From Candidatus Omnitrophota bacterium (GTDB lineage Bacteria > Omnitrophota > Gorgyraeia > JAFGHF01), in the NCBI GenBank assembly GCA_020341815.1, contig CP070837.1, forward strand, positions 465,743-529,742: 64,000 nt of DNA, in the 5' to 3' direction. The notes under the pieces are model-generated. The model saw nothing but the letters and a program-made list of their open reading frames with translations, was not told the origin of the DNA and did not search any database. Below, piece by piece: positions 9,984 to 19,437 of this stretch. Made by a program: the position numbers and the translations under genes. Every line of letters starts with the position of its first letter. Position 1 is the first letter of the stretch.

Positions 9984-10072
9984 TTAGATTAAAAATTGGT
10001 GGATCCGCCATTTTGTTTTGCAAATCAGCGAGATCTCACCAATTTTGTTTTGCAAAATTGGTGGACCCGAGC
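9984..10072. repeat. direct duplication of the tRNA-Ala 3' end and flank (aaaattggtggaYccg and attttgttttgcaaa, each present twice)
   Basis: aaaattggtggatccg at 9992-10007 versus aaaattggtggacccg at 10055-10070 (the tRNA 3' end). attttgttttgcaaa at 10010-10024 and 10042-10056. Confidence 0.45.
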
Positions 10073-10134
10073 GGAGTTGAACCGCTGACCTCCGCAATGC
10101 GAATGCGGCGTTCTCCCAACTGAACTACGGGCCC
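10062..10134 (-). tRNA. tRNA-Ala (anticodon CGC)
   Basis: Reverse complement GGGCCCGTAGTTCAGTTGGGAGAACGCCGCATTCGCATTGCGGAGGTCAGCGGTTCAACTCCGCTCGGGTCCA. Cloverleaf with a 7-bp acceptor stem, G3:U70 Ala identity pair, anticodon loop TTCGCAT, T-loop GGTTCAACTCC. CCA is not encoded. Confidence 0.85.
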
Positions 10135-10135
10135 T

Positions 10136-10690
10136 TTAATTACAAGACATCGCCCTTAAGACTACGCTTGAGGTCAGGGTGGTTTCCGGGTTATCCGGCC
10201 CTACTTCTTGTGAAGGATCCTGCCGAGCTACTATTTCTATATCAAGGTGATTGGGAATATCATTATCACCGGCATCTTTGCCGAAAGCAAAAGTTGCGCT
10301 TAGCAATTTACCATCGGCAAAATCTTCCGTAGGATTACCTGCAGAAACATCACTATCAAAAACAATATTGTAATCCGGGCCATTTTGATACATATACTCG
10401 ATTGTCCTGTCTGCAATCCCGTTACCGTCATCGTCTAAATTCACCCGGATTCGTGTGCCCCCATCATATATAGCAAGACCAGGATTATCTATATCGCCAA
10501 CACCCCGCTGCACATTTCTGATTATATGCTCCATAGCTATTTTTGCTTCGTCAAAAACCTCGACTTGCTCGCTGGAGCCCTTAAAATAACGGCGGCTGGT
10601 AATATCAACACTGACCACTGTCAGCATCACCAGGCTCATCAGGACAATAGCGATAAGTATCTCTGTTAAACTAAAACCTTTTGAAAGCAT
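10136..10690 (-). CDS. type IV pilus minor pilin / pseudopilin (prepilin-type N-terminus)
   Basis: Class III signal: KGFSLTEILIAIVLMSLVML. Likely start at the internal Met MLSKGFSL (table ORF starts at 10732). Last gene of the pilin array. Confidence 0.7.
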   Translation of the reverse strand: MLSKGFSLTEILIAIVLMSLVMLTVVSVDITSRRYFKGSSEQVEVFDEAKIAMEHIIRNVQRGVGDIDNPGLAIYDGGTRIRVNLDDDGNGIADRTIEYMYQNGPDYNIVFDSDVSAGNPTEDFADGKLLSATFAFGKDAGDNDIPNHLDIEIVARQDPSQEVGPDNPETTLTSSVVLRAMSCN

Positions 10691-10704
10691 TGTTGTTCCC
10701 AAAA

Positions 10705-11088
10705 CTATTCCGGAATTTCGGGTTCCTGCCAATCAACTTCTACGGTTGCGCTCCTGTAGCCGGTGCTAGGGTTAACTCCGGCAACCGAATCTACCCTGTA
10801 TCTCCTTCGTCCTGAAAAATTAGTCCCAAAGGTTCCGGGCAAAACCTCATAGTTTGTCCAACCCTGAACAGTTAAAGGCTCGCCAGCTTCACCCCAGGTA
10901 TCTGCGCTAACTGCATTCTTCAATTCCTCCAAAGTCTGACGGCTGAAATCCATTGCCTGCATCCTGCGGCCTGTACCGGTCACCGCAGCTCGCTCCGTAG
11001 AGAAAATAACCATTACGCCCGCTGTAGCCACTAATAAGATAAGAGCAGAAACTATCACTTCCGCCAATGTCAAACCTTGCTTATTCAT
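10705..11088 (-). CDS. type IV pilus minor pilin / pseudopilin
   Basis: 127 aa; N-terminus MNKQGLTLAEVIVSALILLVATAG, the prepilin G-[FL]-T-L-x-E motif. Confidence 0.7.
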   Translation of the reverse strand: MNKQGLTLAEVIVSALILLVATAGVMVIFSTERAAVTGTGRRMQAMDFSRQTLEELKNAVSADTWGEAGEPLTVQGWTNYEVLPGTFGTNFSGRRRYRVDSVAGVNPSTGYRSATVEVDWQEPEIPE

Positions 11089-11119
11089 TTCGTTCTTCCT
11101 TTATGAGCTAAAGCTACTA

Positions 11120-11527
11120 TTATGGCAGAGGCAGGGGCCAGGTGCCTTCAAAGGGAGGGCCACCTTCATCAAGAGTAATAGTCCTGCCATTGTAGCTACC
11201 GCTCCTTCTTGTAGCGGTAGCATCAAAGGTATCCGCAGTAGCAGTTACAGAATAATCCCAGTTTCGCTCGTCCTTAGCTTCCAAATACAACCTCAATTGG
11301 GCATTAATTGTAGAGATGTTATTTACCGGCGCTTCAGTCGGCCAATAAGTATCTTCCTCCGTGCGGTAAATCCTTTCTCCGGTGCGGATTTGCTTCAAGG
11401 CTACCATTGCTTCCGTGGCCTTGGTGCCTTCAACGGCCTTGGTAAGCAAAGGAAGGCTCAAGGCTGCCAGGATTCCAACGATTATAACGGTAGCTATAAC
11501 TTCTGTAAGCGTAAAAGCGCTTTTCAC
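11120..11527 (-). CDS. type IV pilin-like protein
   Basis: 135 aa; MKSAFTLTEVIATVIIVGILAALSLP prepilin leader plus hydrophobic helix. Confidence 0.75.
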   Translation of the reverse strand: MKSAFTLTEVIATVIIVGILAALSLPLLTKAVEGTKATEAMVALKQIRTGERIYRTEEDTYWPTEAPVNNISTINAQLRLYLEAKDERNWDYSVTATADTFDATATRRSGSYNGRTITLDEGGPPFEGTWPLPLP

Positions 11528-11549
11528 CGGCTATAAAGTATCTTTAAGT

Positions 11550-11942
11550 TCAAGGAGTGAGTCTATTGACAGTTCCGTCTATCTCAATATTAAAATTATC
11601 CAAACCCGCACTCGCACCATCAGTAGTTCTTGTTGCTGTAGCAATGATATCATTGGCACCACTTGTAGAACCGTAAGTATAAAGGGCCTTTGCTGAACTT
11701 GTAATATCAAGGTCTAAAGCTGAACCTTCGTCGGCAATGTCAGTATCCACATGATACTCACTGTGTTCCAGATAATAGCGCAATTGCGAAGCACGGATTG
11801 CGCCTAACATAGAAATTGCCTCCGACTCTCTGGCCTTTTTTGCTGCCCCGATAAATCTGGGCAAGGCAAGTGAGGCCAAAATACCCACAATAATCACTAC
11901 AATCATCAACTCCAACAACGTAAAACCTCTTTTTCTATTCAC
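11550..11942 (-). CDS. type IV pilin (PilA/PilE-like major pilin candidate)
   Basis: 130 aa; MNRKRGFTLLELMIVVIIVGILASLALP. First pilin gene after pilC. SD AAAGGAGGAAG upstream. Confidence 0.8.
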   Translation of the reverse strand: MNRKRGFTLLELMIVVIIVGILASLALPRFIGAAKKARESEAISMLGAIRASQLRYYLEHSEYHVDTDIADEGSALDLDITSSAKALYTYGSTSGANDIIATATRTTDGASAGLDNFNIEIDGTVNRLTP

Positions 11943-11994
11943 CTTTCTCTTCCTCCTTTCATTCTTTTTAACTGAGTATCAATTCTTAACTAAA

Positions 11995-13218
11995 TCATCC
12001 TCCCCGTGAGACCATTGCCAACTGGAATATAGGCAAAAACATAGATATGACCAAAACCCCGACCATTATACCCATAAGTACCAAAACTGCCGGTTCAATC
12101 AAGCTAACTATTTTAGTCAAAGTAGTGCTGATGCGCTCTCTGTAAAACTCAGAGGCCTTCTTTAACATCTTGCCTAATTCGCCTATCTCCTCCCCCACGG
12201 AAACCATTTGCACTACCATCGGTGTGAATACACCGCTCTTTTCCAAAGGGCCGGCCATACCTTTACCCTGGCGCACGCTATCTCTCACCTCAGCTACCGC
12301 CCTCTCCACTATTCTATTGCCCAGAAACTTACTAACAATATCCAGGCCATAAACAATGGGTACCCCGCTTTCGATTAAGGTCCCCAGGCCGCTGGCAAAT
12401 CTCTCGATGGCAATGCGCTGAAAAAGCGAAGATAAAACCGGGGTCTTGAACTTCAAATAGTCAAATTGCCAGCGACCCGCCTGCGTGTGGATATATTGGT
12501 TAATAAGGTAGCCCACGGCAACCGCCCCGCCAACCCAAAAAAGGAGATATCTGCGCATAAGAGTGCTGAAGGCTATCACCATCCGCGTAAAAAGCGGCAA
12601 TTCTATATTGAATCCGGCAAATACCCGGGAGAATATGGGGATAATCCAGACGGTAAAGATAGTCAATGCCACAAGAGCAATGCTGACAAGCGCAGCCGGA
12701 TAAACAAGGCTTGCGGTTATCTTTCTACGTATGGCTGCTGCGGTCTCCAAATAATCGGCTAACTGCGCAAGAGCAAGAGGAAGAGCGCCGGAGGCTTCCC
12801 CCGTCTCTACCATTTGAATCCAATATGGAGAAAATATACCGGGGTGTTTGGCCAGGGCATCGCGAAAAGTGCTTCCTGCGGCAATATCGTGCCTGATTTG
12901 CTGCACGGCCTTTAAGAGTATCCTGCTTTCTATCTGCCTGGTTAAGACATCCAGGCTCTTTAACAAGGTTACCCCTGCCTCCAGCATCGTGGCAAGCTGT
13001 CGGGCAAAGATAATCATATCGTCGATAGTTACCTTGAGATGCAAAGGCATCGAGAGAACCACTTTTCTCTCGACAGCAGCCTCTCTTCGGTATACGGAAG
13101 TTACCAGCAGGCCTTCTTTCTGAAGCCGGGCAATCAACTCCTCTTGCGTCGCCGCTTCTTCGGTAGCCTGTCTTTCCTTACCTTGTTTATCTCTGGCTCT
13201 ATATATAAATTGAGGCAT
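11995..13218 (-). CDS. pilC: type IV pilus assembly platform protein PilC (GspF family)
   Basis: 407 aa; two T2SSF repeats and three TM segments. Confidence 0.9.
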   Translation of the reverse strand: MPQFIYRARDKQGKERQATEEAATQEELIARLQKEGLLVTSVYRREAAVERKVVLSMPLHLKVTIDDMIIFARQLATMLEAGVTLLKSLDVLTRQIESRILLKAVQQIRHDIAAGSTFRDALAKHPGIFSPYWIQMVETGEASGALPLALAQLADYLETAAAIRRKITASLVYPAALVSIALVALTIFTVWIIPIFSRVFAGFNIELPLFTRMVIAFSTLMRRYLLFWVGGAVAVGYLINQYIHTQAGRWQFDYLKFKTPVLSSLFQRIAIERFASGLGTLIESGVPIVYGLDIVSKFLGNRIVERAVAEVRDSVRQGKGMAGPLEKSGVFTPMVVQMVSVGEEIGELGKMLKKASEFYRERISTTLTKIVSLIEPAVLVLMGIMVGVLVISMFLPIFQLAMVSRGG

Positions 13219-13351
13219 AATTTAGACTATAGCATAAAAAAGATTATTGTCAAGGAAATCCATAAGGATTTTCCGCAGACCTCGCCGCTTTGGGCGGGTC
13301 AAGCAAGAAAATCGTCGAAGATGATAACTTTTTAGCGATTTTCGCCGTCCA

Positions 13352-15073
13352 TTATCCCTCTATCCCGGCCATAGTAACACTCAAGACTTCCTCAAGGCTG
13401 GTTATGCCCTGCTCAACCTTTTTCAGCCCGTTTTGATACAGCGTTTTCATTCCTGTCTCCAGGGATATTTCCTTCAATTGTTGATAAGTCGCGCCTTGGG
13501 CGATAGCCTGACTTAAGCGTTCACTCATCGGCAGTATTTCATAGATGGCGCTTCTTCCGCGATAGCCGGTGCGGTTACAATAATCACACCCCTTGGGGCG
13601 ATAGATTAATTCTGCAGCCAATTTGACTTTACCTAACATCTCCCCCGTCGGTTCATAAGCCTCTTTACATTCCGGGCAAAGCTTGCGCACAAGGCGCTGC
13701 GCGCCTACCAGAAGCAGGGAGGGTGAGATTAAATAAGGGGATATCCCTAAGTCAATCAATCGGCTTATGGCCGTGGGGGCGTCATTCGTATGCAAGGTGC
13801 TCAATACCAGGTGCCCCGTAAGCGCCGCCCGCAGACAAATCTGGGCGGTCTCCAAGTCTCTTACCTCGCCGACCATAATAATATTGGGGTCCTGCCTTAA
13901 GAAAGCCCTCAGGCCATTGGCAAAGGTAAGCCCAATATCCGCCTTCACCTGAACCTGATTAATACCTTCCAGGCGATATTCTACCGGGTCCTCTATAGAG
14001 ACTAAATTCTTATGCGGGGTTTTGATTTCATTTAAGGTGGCATACAAGGTTGTGCTTTTTCCGCAACCCGTAGGGCCGGTAAGGAAAATCAGACCCCAGG
14101 GACTGGAAACGGCTTTGCGATAACTTTCCAAATCCTTTGCTTCAAAGCCCAGTTGGCTCAAATCCAGAGGAACCTGGCTCTTATCCAAAATCCTCAAGAC
14201 TACCTTTTCACCACGAACCGTGGGAATAGTAGAAACCCGAAAATCGATAATTCTATTTTCTGCTTTTACTATAAATGCCCCATCCTGAGGCAGGCGCTTC
14301 TCGGCAATGTCCATTTTAGCCAATATCTTAATTCGGGAAACAATAGCCAGAAGCAGATGCCCCGCGGGCGGAGGAATTTCATAAAGGACCCCGTCAATAC
14401 GATAGCGGACGCTGACCCTGTCTTTAAAAGGCTCAATGTGGATATCGCTGGCCCTGTCTTTAATTGCCTGCCTTAAAATTAAATCTACCAGCTTGATTAC
14501 CGGTGCCTCTTCCGCCTTGGCAATTAAAGTGTTGAGACTTAGAGCCTCTTCCTCGGGAATTTCTTCTATCTCTACCTCTCCGGCTTCGTATGACTCAGAG
14601 ATGGCCTCTTTAAGCAAATCCTTCTCGCCATAAAATCTATCTATGGCCTGTATAATATCACTTTCGCTGGCCACGATAGGATTTATGTCACATCCGGTCA
14701 TCTTTTTCAAGTTGTCCATCATCAGTACGTCCAGCGGATCGGCAAAGGCCACGGTAAGGGCGTTCAGATTGCGCGATAAAGGAATAAGGCAATAACGGCG
14801 GGCAAAGTTCTGCGGCACCAGTTTATCTAACTCCTGATTCGGGTCGGGCTCAAGTAATCCCTTGGCTAAGGATGCGTAAGGAATATTCAGCTGTTTCCCC
14901 AAAGTTACCACAATATCCTTTTCGGTAATCAGGCCCAGTTTTATCAAGACCTCACCGATTCTTTTGCCTTCCCGCTTTTGCACCTGAATAGCCTTCTGCA
15001 GCTGCTCCTCGGTAATCAGGCCCTGTTTAATCAAAAGCTCGCCTAATTTTAAACGGGACTTCCTTAATGCCAT
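13352..15073 (-). CDS. pilB: type IV pilus assembly ATPase PilB (GspE family)
   Basis: 573 aa; N-terminal T2SSE_N domain, Walker A GPTGCGKST, Asp box, His box, tetracysteine CPECK...CDYC. Confidence 0.9.
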   Translation of the reverse strand: MALRKSRLKLGELLIKQGLITEEQLQKAIQVQKREGKRIGEVLIKLGLITEKDIVVTLGKQLNIPYASLAKGLLEPDPNQELDKLVPQNFARRYCLIPLSRNLNALTVAFADPLDVLMMDNLKKMTGCDINPIVASESDIIQAIDRFYGEKDLLKEAISESYEAGEVEIEEIPEEEALSLNTLIAKAEEAPVIKLVDLILRQAIKDRASDIHIEPFKDRVSVRYRIDGVLYEIPPPAGHLLLAIVSRIKILAKMDIAEKRLPQDGAFIVKAENRIIDFRVSTIPTVRGEKVVLRILDKSQVPLDLSQLGFEAKDLESYRKAVSSPWGLIFLTGPTGCGKSTTLYATLNEIKTPHKNLVSIEDPVEYRLEGINQVQVKADIGLTFANGLRAFLRQDPNIIMVGEVRDLETAQICLRAALTGHLVLSTLHTNDAPTAISRLIDLGISPYLISPSLLLVGAQRLVRKLCPECKEAYEPTGEMLGKVKLAAELIYRPKGCDYCNRTGYRGRSAIYEILPMSERLSQAIAQGATYQQLKEISLETGMKTLYQNGLKKVEQGITSLEEVLSVTMAGIEG

Positions 15074-15079
15074 CTTTTA

Positions 15080-16555
15080 TTATTTCTCCAGTATGTCAAG
15101 GATGCTTTCCATTGCCTCTTCTTTTTTCATGGCTGACTGAACAAAGTCCCCATAGCCCTCTGGCGGAAGGTGTCTCTTTAATGAAGTCAATCCTGCCATC
15201 CGCGCGCGCTCTTTAGCCAAATGCGGAGTAATAAAGATGATTAATTCCTTATCCTCTGAACTGTCGTCTTTTTTACAAAATAGACTTCCCAATAAAGGAA
15301 TATCCCCTAAAAAAGGGACTTTTCTCATAATCTTCTCATCTTCGGTGTTAATTAATCCGCCGATTATTACAGTCTCTCCATCGGCAACGGTAACTGTAGT
15401 CTTGACGCTTCTGGTATGAGGGTCAAGGGCATTGGCAAGTATCGAGGAAACCTTTGTATTAATTACCGATGGCTCAATAATCATGGTGATCTCGCCCTGA
15501 GTATTAATCTGTGGGGTTACTTTCAGCGTCACTCCTGTTTCTACCCTTTCAGGGGAAACAATTGCCCTATCAATACCTCCTCCTGTAGAAGCAATCTCCT
15601 GTTGTTCGCTGGCAATTACCGTCTCGGCAGTAATCTTTATCTCAGCGGTCTCGTTATTCAGGGTGAGGACTTTCGGCCTGGCCAGGATCTTGCTATCGGT
15701 ATCCCTAGCAAGCATAGCCAGTGTCCCGCCCAGATTCATCGCCGAGATGTATCCCAGATAAAGGTTATCTACATTGCCGGCGGGGCCGACCTTTCGCATA
15801 TTGTTAGGTTTGGTAAAGGGAAAGGTGCTGCTACGCCCTGCCCCATAGGCAGAGGCAACTATTCCATCGGTAGCAGTACCCCATTCTATGCCCAGCTTAT
15901 CGATGGTTTCTAAGCTCGCCTCTATGATTTCGGCCTCAATCATTACCTGAGGAAGCTTTATATCGAGCTCTTTTATCGTCTTTTCAATCTTGGGAAACTG
16001 ACTGCGCACATCGGTAACGATAAGGCTATTGGTGCGCGAATCCTCAATCACCTGACCAAACTGGCTGACTATTTTCTCTATCACTTCCTTGATGCCGATT
16101 TCTTCGGACTGCCGCGCTTCCTGGCCGGCAGCGGTAAGCTCATATCCCTTTACCCGTGCATACTGCAGAGGAAAAACTTTGGTAATTGTCTCTACCTCCG
16201 GACGGCCCCATTCCTTAACTATAAATATTTTGCTGTCTTTTTTCTGCTCATAGCTTAAGCTGTTTGCCGTCATTATGGTATTTAAGGCATCTTCCACCGA
16301 AACCTTGTCCAGATAAAGGGTAACTCTGCGCTCCTTAACACTTTCACTGGCAATAAAGTTTAAACCGGCCTGCTGGGAAAATACCTTCAAGACATCCTTT
16401 AAGTCGGCATCCTGGAAGTCCATTGAAATTACCGGCAAACCCGATTCTTGTCCCAACTCATCCCCTGACTGCGCCCGGCTTAAATTGAGACCTAAGCCAA
16501 ATACCAAAAATAAGGCCAAAGGAACAAGTAAAACAACCCTTCTTTTTTTAAGCAT
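15080..16555 (-). CDS. pilQ: type IV pilus secretin PilQ
   Basis: 491 aa; signal peptide, secretin N domains, C-terminal secretin motif VPFLGDIPLLGSLF. Confidence 0.85.
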   Translation of the reverse strand: MLKKRRVVLLVPLALFLVFGLGLNLSRAQSGDELGQESGLPVISMDFQDADLKDVLKVFSQQAGLNFIASESVKERRVTLYLDKVSVEDALNTIMTANSLSYEQKKDSKIFIVKEWGRPEVETITKVFPLQYARVKGYELTAAGQEARQSEEIGIKEVIEKIVSQFGQVIEDSRTNSLIVTDVRSQFPKIEKTIKELDIKLPQVMIEAEIIEASLETIDKLGIEWGTATDGIVASAYGAGRSSTFPFTKPNNMRKVGPAGNVDNLYLGYISAMNLGGTLAMLARDTDSKILARPKVLTLNNETAEIKITAETVIASEQQEIASTGGGIDRAIVSPERVETGVTLKVTPQINTQGEITMIIEPSVINTKVSSILANALDPHTRSVKTTVTVADGETVIIGGLINTEDEKIMRKVPFLGDIPLLGSLFCKKDDSSEDKELIIFITPHLAKERARMAGLTSLKRHLPPEGYGDFVQSAMKKEEAMESILDILEK

Positions 16556-16565
16556 ATTATCCCCC

Positions 16566-16660
16566 TTTTATCACTGAAGCCACTGAAGTTGTTAACTGAA
16601 ACCACTGAGGCTTTATTCAGTGCTCTCAGTGTTATTTTTTCAGTGTTTTTCAGTGTCTCT
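16566..16660. repeat. intergenic palindromic repeat element, family A, copy 1 (CACTGAR units mirrored by YTCAGTG units)
   Basis: tcactgaagccactgaag...aaccactgagg // ttcagtgctctcagtg...ttcagtgtttttcagtgtctc. Imperfect 90-nt palindrome sitting between the pilP stop and the pilQ SD (AAAAGGGGGG). Confidence 0.6.
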
Positions 16661-16663
16661 GTT

Positions 16664-17104
16664 TTATCTTCTTCTTAATCTTTCGTCTTCCCTTAATATA
16701 GTAGGCCTGAGTATGTATTGATTTCCCTCATACAATACATAAACGCCCTCTTTGCGTATATCCAATATCTCTGCGCCTTCAATAACCTCACCTGGCCTTA
16801 CCACTGTATTATTAATAATTGCCTGGGGTATTTTCGAATCCCAAATCATACCCTGAACTACAAGATGAGCTAACCCCCCTGCGATGGGCGCCCTCTTCTT
16901 TTCCTTCGGCACCTCTTCCAGAGGCACAAACAATTCAAAAGGGCTCTCAAATGGATCACGCAGGCCCCGGCCGGTATATTCTACCGTCCCAGTCTGTCTT
17001 TTCAAAGTACGCTGGGCCCTGACCAGGGGATATCCTGCAATCAATGATAAGACGGCCAAAAGCCCCAAGCAAAACATTATTTTTTTCACCAAGGTTTTTT
17101 TCAT
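16664..17104 (-). CDS. PilP-like pilus assembly lipoprotein (putative)
   Basis: 146 aa; signal/lipobox-like N-terminus. Call rests on position between PilO and PilQ. Weak primary-sequence recognition. Confidence 0.45.
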   Translation of the reverse strand: MKKTLVKKIMFCLGLLAVLSLIAGYPLVRAQRTLKRQTGTVEYTGRGLRDPFESPFELFVPLEEVPKEKKRAPIAGGLAHLVVQGMIWDSKIPQAIINNTVVRPGEVIEGAEILDIRKEGVYVLYEGNQYILRPTILREDERLRRR

Positions 17105-17619
17105 TTCTTTAAATAAAATCCGCTTACTGTCAATTCTACCTCAGGGATTTTTGCCTCTCCTAGGGCGGCGACAGTGGGTTTTCTCATCCTGAGCTCTTTG
17201 ACCCGGATAAACTCTTTACTGCTTTCGATGAGACTCAAAAACTCTCCCAATTGATGATAATCGCAGGAGAAAGGTATTTTTAAGGGCAGTTCGACATAAT
17301 ATTCTTTTTCTTCCGCAGAAAGGGGATTGAAGGCTTCTATCTTTATGCCGAGTCGTTCAGCCATCCTTGAGATTCTATCCAAAATCTGAGTGCCCTCTGC
17401 CACAGAAAAAGACCTTTCTTGATGTGCTTTTATTTTCCTCTCTAATAAGCTGATAATACCCAAGACTTCATTTTTCTTCTTTTCTTCTTCTATCTGTGAC
17501 TTTACAGACTCTATTTTTTTTAGATTAGATTTGTATATCCCCCCATAGCCGATACGAAAAGCCAGAAAAAGAATCAGGATAAAAATGATTGTGCCTTTCC
17601 TGTGGCTCGTTATATTCAT
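17101..17619 (-). CDS. type IV pilus assembly protein PilO-like
   Basis: 172 aa; N-terminal TM, coiled coil, periplasmic domain. 4-nt overlap with the downstream gene. Confidence 0.55.
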   Translation of the reverse strand: MNITSHRKGTIIFILILFLAFRIGYGGIYKSNLKKIESVKSQIEEEKKKNEVLGIISLLERKIKAHQERSFSVAEGTQILDRISRMAERLGIKIEAFNPLSAEEKEYYVELPLKIPFSCDYHQLGEFLSLIESSKEFIRVKELRMRKPTVAALGEAKIPEVELTVSGFYLKK

Positions 17620-17629
17620 TCTTTTATCC

Positions 17630-19171
17630 TCATTTCTTAATGCAAATAATTGTAAAGTTCTTTACCGACGTTCCTTGCACCTCTGTTGAATCCATTGATT
17701 CTAATTCAATCTCTTCAAATCCCTCAAAAAACTTCTGATTTTCTTTTAAACTGGAAACAAAATTAGTGATTACCCTTACTTCCCGGGCATGGTCTTCGCG
17801 ATGAACTATCCCCTTAATAGTCAAGGAACGGCTGACCCTATCCTTTGATACTCTATCGGTAAAAAATAAATCAGTTAACCATGCGCCCGGAGGAATTATC
17901 CTGGGCAATTCATTAAACTTATTGGTCCAGAAGACTCTGTCGGTGATAAGCAAGTCCAGGCTGGATATCTTATTCTGCAATTCTTTTCTCGCTTTCTCTA
18001 TATCTTCATAAGAAAGACCTTCGGCATCCATGGTAACTTTAGGCCTGAGGGCAGTTACCTGTTCCAGCTGTTTCTTTTGCTCGCTGATACGATAAAACAT
18101 CAACAAATATAAAATCAAAAGGCCCACGCAGGATACCTTTATAGCCCGATATGCTGTATAGCGCAACTCCGGAGTAAACTCAAAAGCCTGCGCTTTTGAA
18201 ACCGGAGGCGCAACTTCGGCTTTGACCTTGCGGACCCGGTAAAGATTCACTTCATTCGGAGCTAAAATCAGCTTGCGCAGGCCCAAACCAATAGCTACGG
18301 CCATACTTAAAGGAGGCAGGCTCCTGCGAACTTTTATAGCTTTTGCCAGGTCGGCTTTCTCCACAGGTATTTTTAGTTCCTGACTCAAGGTCTTATCCCA
18401 ATTCTTAAGATCAACTTGCCCGCAGAGCAATATCTTGCCAACGATCTCGGCAGGAAAAAGTTTTTCATAATAATCCAAAGACATACGTAATTCATTAAGC
18501 AAATTATCAAATATTAATTCTTCTTCCGAAGGAAGAGAAACATCCCTGGTAAGATAACAAATCTTCTCTTTTAGAATATTGATATCGGCCATACCATAAT
18601 CAATATCTACGATGACATTGGGTTTATTTTTGGCTAATTGTCTGCCTGATGTAAAAAATCTCACCAGACTAAATGGAGCCGGCTCCAAAGCCAAAACTTT
18701 AAGGCCCGCCTGTTCCAAAAGAGAAATATGATTTTTGGCTATTTCCTTTTTTACTGCCACAAAAGTAATATCCATCTTGGCATCTTTGCCACGGGATAAA
18801 TTTGCCTGAAAATCCCAGAATAATTCTTCTATTTTAAAAGGAATGTGCCTTTTGGCTTCAAACTTTATCGCTGTTTCCCATTCGGCCTTTGGTATCTTGG
18901 GCATCTGAAAATATCTAATCAATACATCTTTTCCGGAAAGAGCGGTAAATACCTTCTTGGCGTTAATTTTATTCTCCCGAAAGACTTTCCTGATGGCACT
19001 TACTTTTGCCTCATCAGCTTGAGTCTTATCCGCCGAAGAAGCAGCCTCAATCTCTGCCTGGCCAAATTTAAGCAGGCGCGCACCAAAAAGCCCGCCTTTT
19101 AGCTGGGCAACATAAACATATCTTGCCCCTATATAAACACCTGTTGTAGTCTGAAAATTAAAACCTTTCAC
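17630..19171 (-). CDS. PilM-PilN fusion protein (actin-like ATPase PilM fused to the PilN TM and periplasmic domain)
   Basis: 513 aa. About 350 aa PilM-like N-terminal part, then TM helix AIKVSCVGLLILYLLMFYRI, then a coiled-coil and periplasmic PilN-like tail. Confidence 0.7.
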   Translation of the reverse strand: MKGFNFQTTTGVYIGARYVYVAQLKGGLFGARLLKFGQAEIEAASSADKTQADEAKVSAIRKVFRENKINAKKVFTALSGKDVLIRYFQMPKIPKAEWETAIKFEAKRHIPFKIEELFWDFQANLSRGKDAKMDITFVAVKKEIAKNHISLLEQAGLKVLALEPAPFSLVRFFTSGRQLAKNKPNVIVDIDYGMADINILKEKICYLTRDVSLPSEEELIFDNLLNELRMSLDYYEKLFPAEIVGKILLCGQVDLKNWDKTLSQELKIPVEKADLAKAIKVRRSLPPLSMAVAIGLGLRKLILAPNEVNLYRVRKVKAEVAPPVSKAQAFEFTPELRYTAYRAIKVSCVGLLILYLLMFYRISEQKKQLEQVTALRPKVTMDAEGLSYEDIEKARKELQNKISSLDLLITDRVFWTNKFNELPRIIPPGAWLTDLFFTDRVSKDRVSRSLTIKGIVHREDHAREVRVITNFVSSLKENQKFFEGFEEIELESMDSTEVQGTSVKNFTIICIKK

Positions 19172-19395
19172 TTTCTTTGTCCCTTTTTTGCTTGAGAGCT
19201 CTTTTTTTGCTCTGCTTCGGTCCTTGCCTCTCTGATCTGGGACCTTAGCCAGGCATCAACTGCTCTTTTATCAAAGCGCCAGACATGCCCCACCTTAATC
19301 CCCGAAATCTTCTTTGCGTGTAACCAGTTATAAATAGTCTGCTTCTGTAATTTCAGATAGGCGGCTAGCTCGTCTACGTCCATCAGCCTACTCAT
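19168..19395 (-). CDS. excisionase-family helix-turn-helix DNA-binding protein (HTH_17)
   Basis: 75 aa; VDELAAYLKLQKQTIYNWLHAKKISGIKVGHVWRFDKRAVDAWL. 4-nt overlap with pilMN. SD AAGGAGG. Confidence 0.7.
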   Translation of the reverse strand: MSRLMDVDELAAYLKLQKQTIYNWLHAKKISGIKVGHVWRFDKRAVDAWLRSQIREARTEAEQKKSSQAKKGQRK

Positions 19396-19437
19396 ACAGG
19401 CCTCCTTGATTAACTTACTTAGACTTATGTATAATCA

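Noticed and set aside
9980-10140. Integrated prophage or island at tRNA-Ala
   Set aside because: Only about 65 nt separate the duplicated tRNA 3' ends, and no integrase, excisionase (in the mobile-element sense) or phage gene is present nearby. At most it is a recombination scar.
10136-11942. Sigma-54 promoters upstream of the pilin genes (because rpoN is in the window)
   Set aside because: No TGGCAC-N5-TTGCW match was seen by eye in the short intergenic gaps, and the pilins appear co-transcribed from upstream.
13219-13351. GC-rich hairpin (ctcgccgctttgggcggg) between pilB and pilC as a terminator or attenuator
   Set aside because: It is not followed by a T-tract on the transcribed strand, and pilC has its own SD immediately after. 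It is probably just an intercistronic stem.
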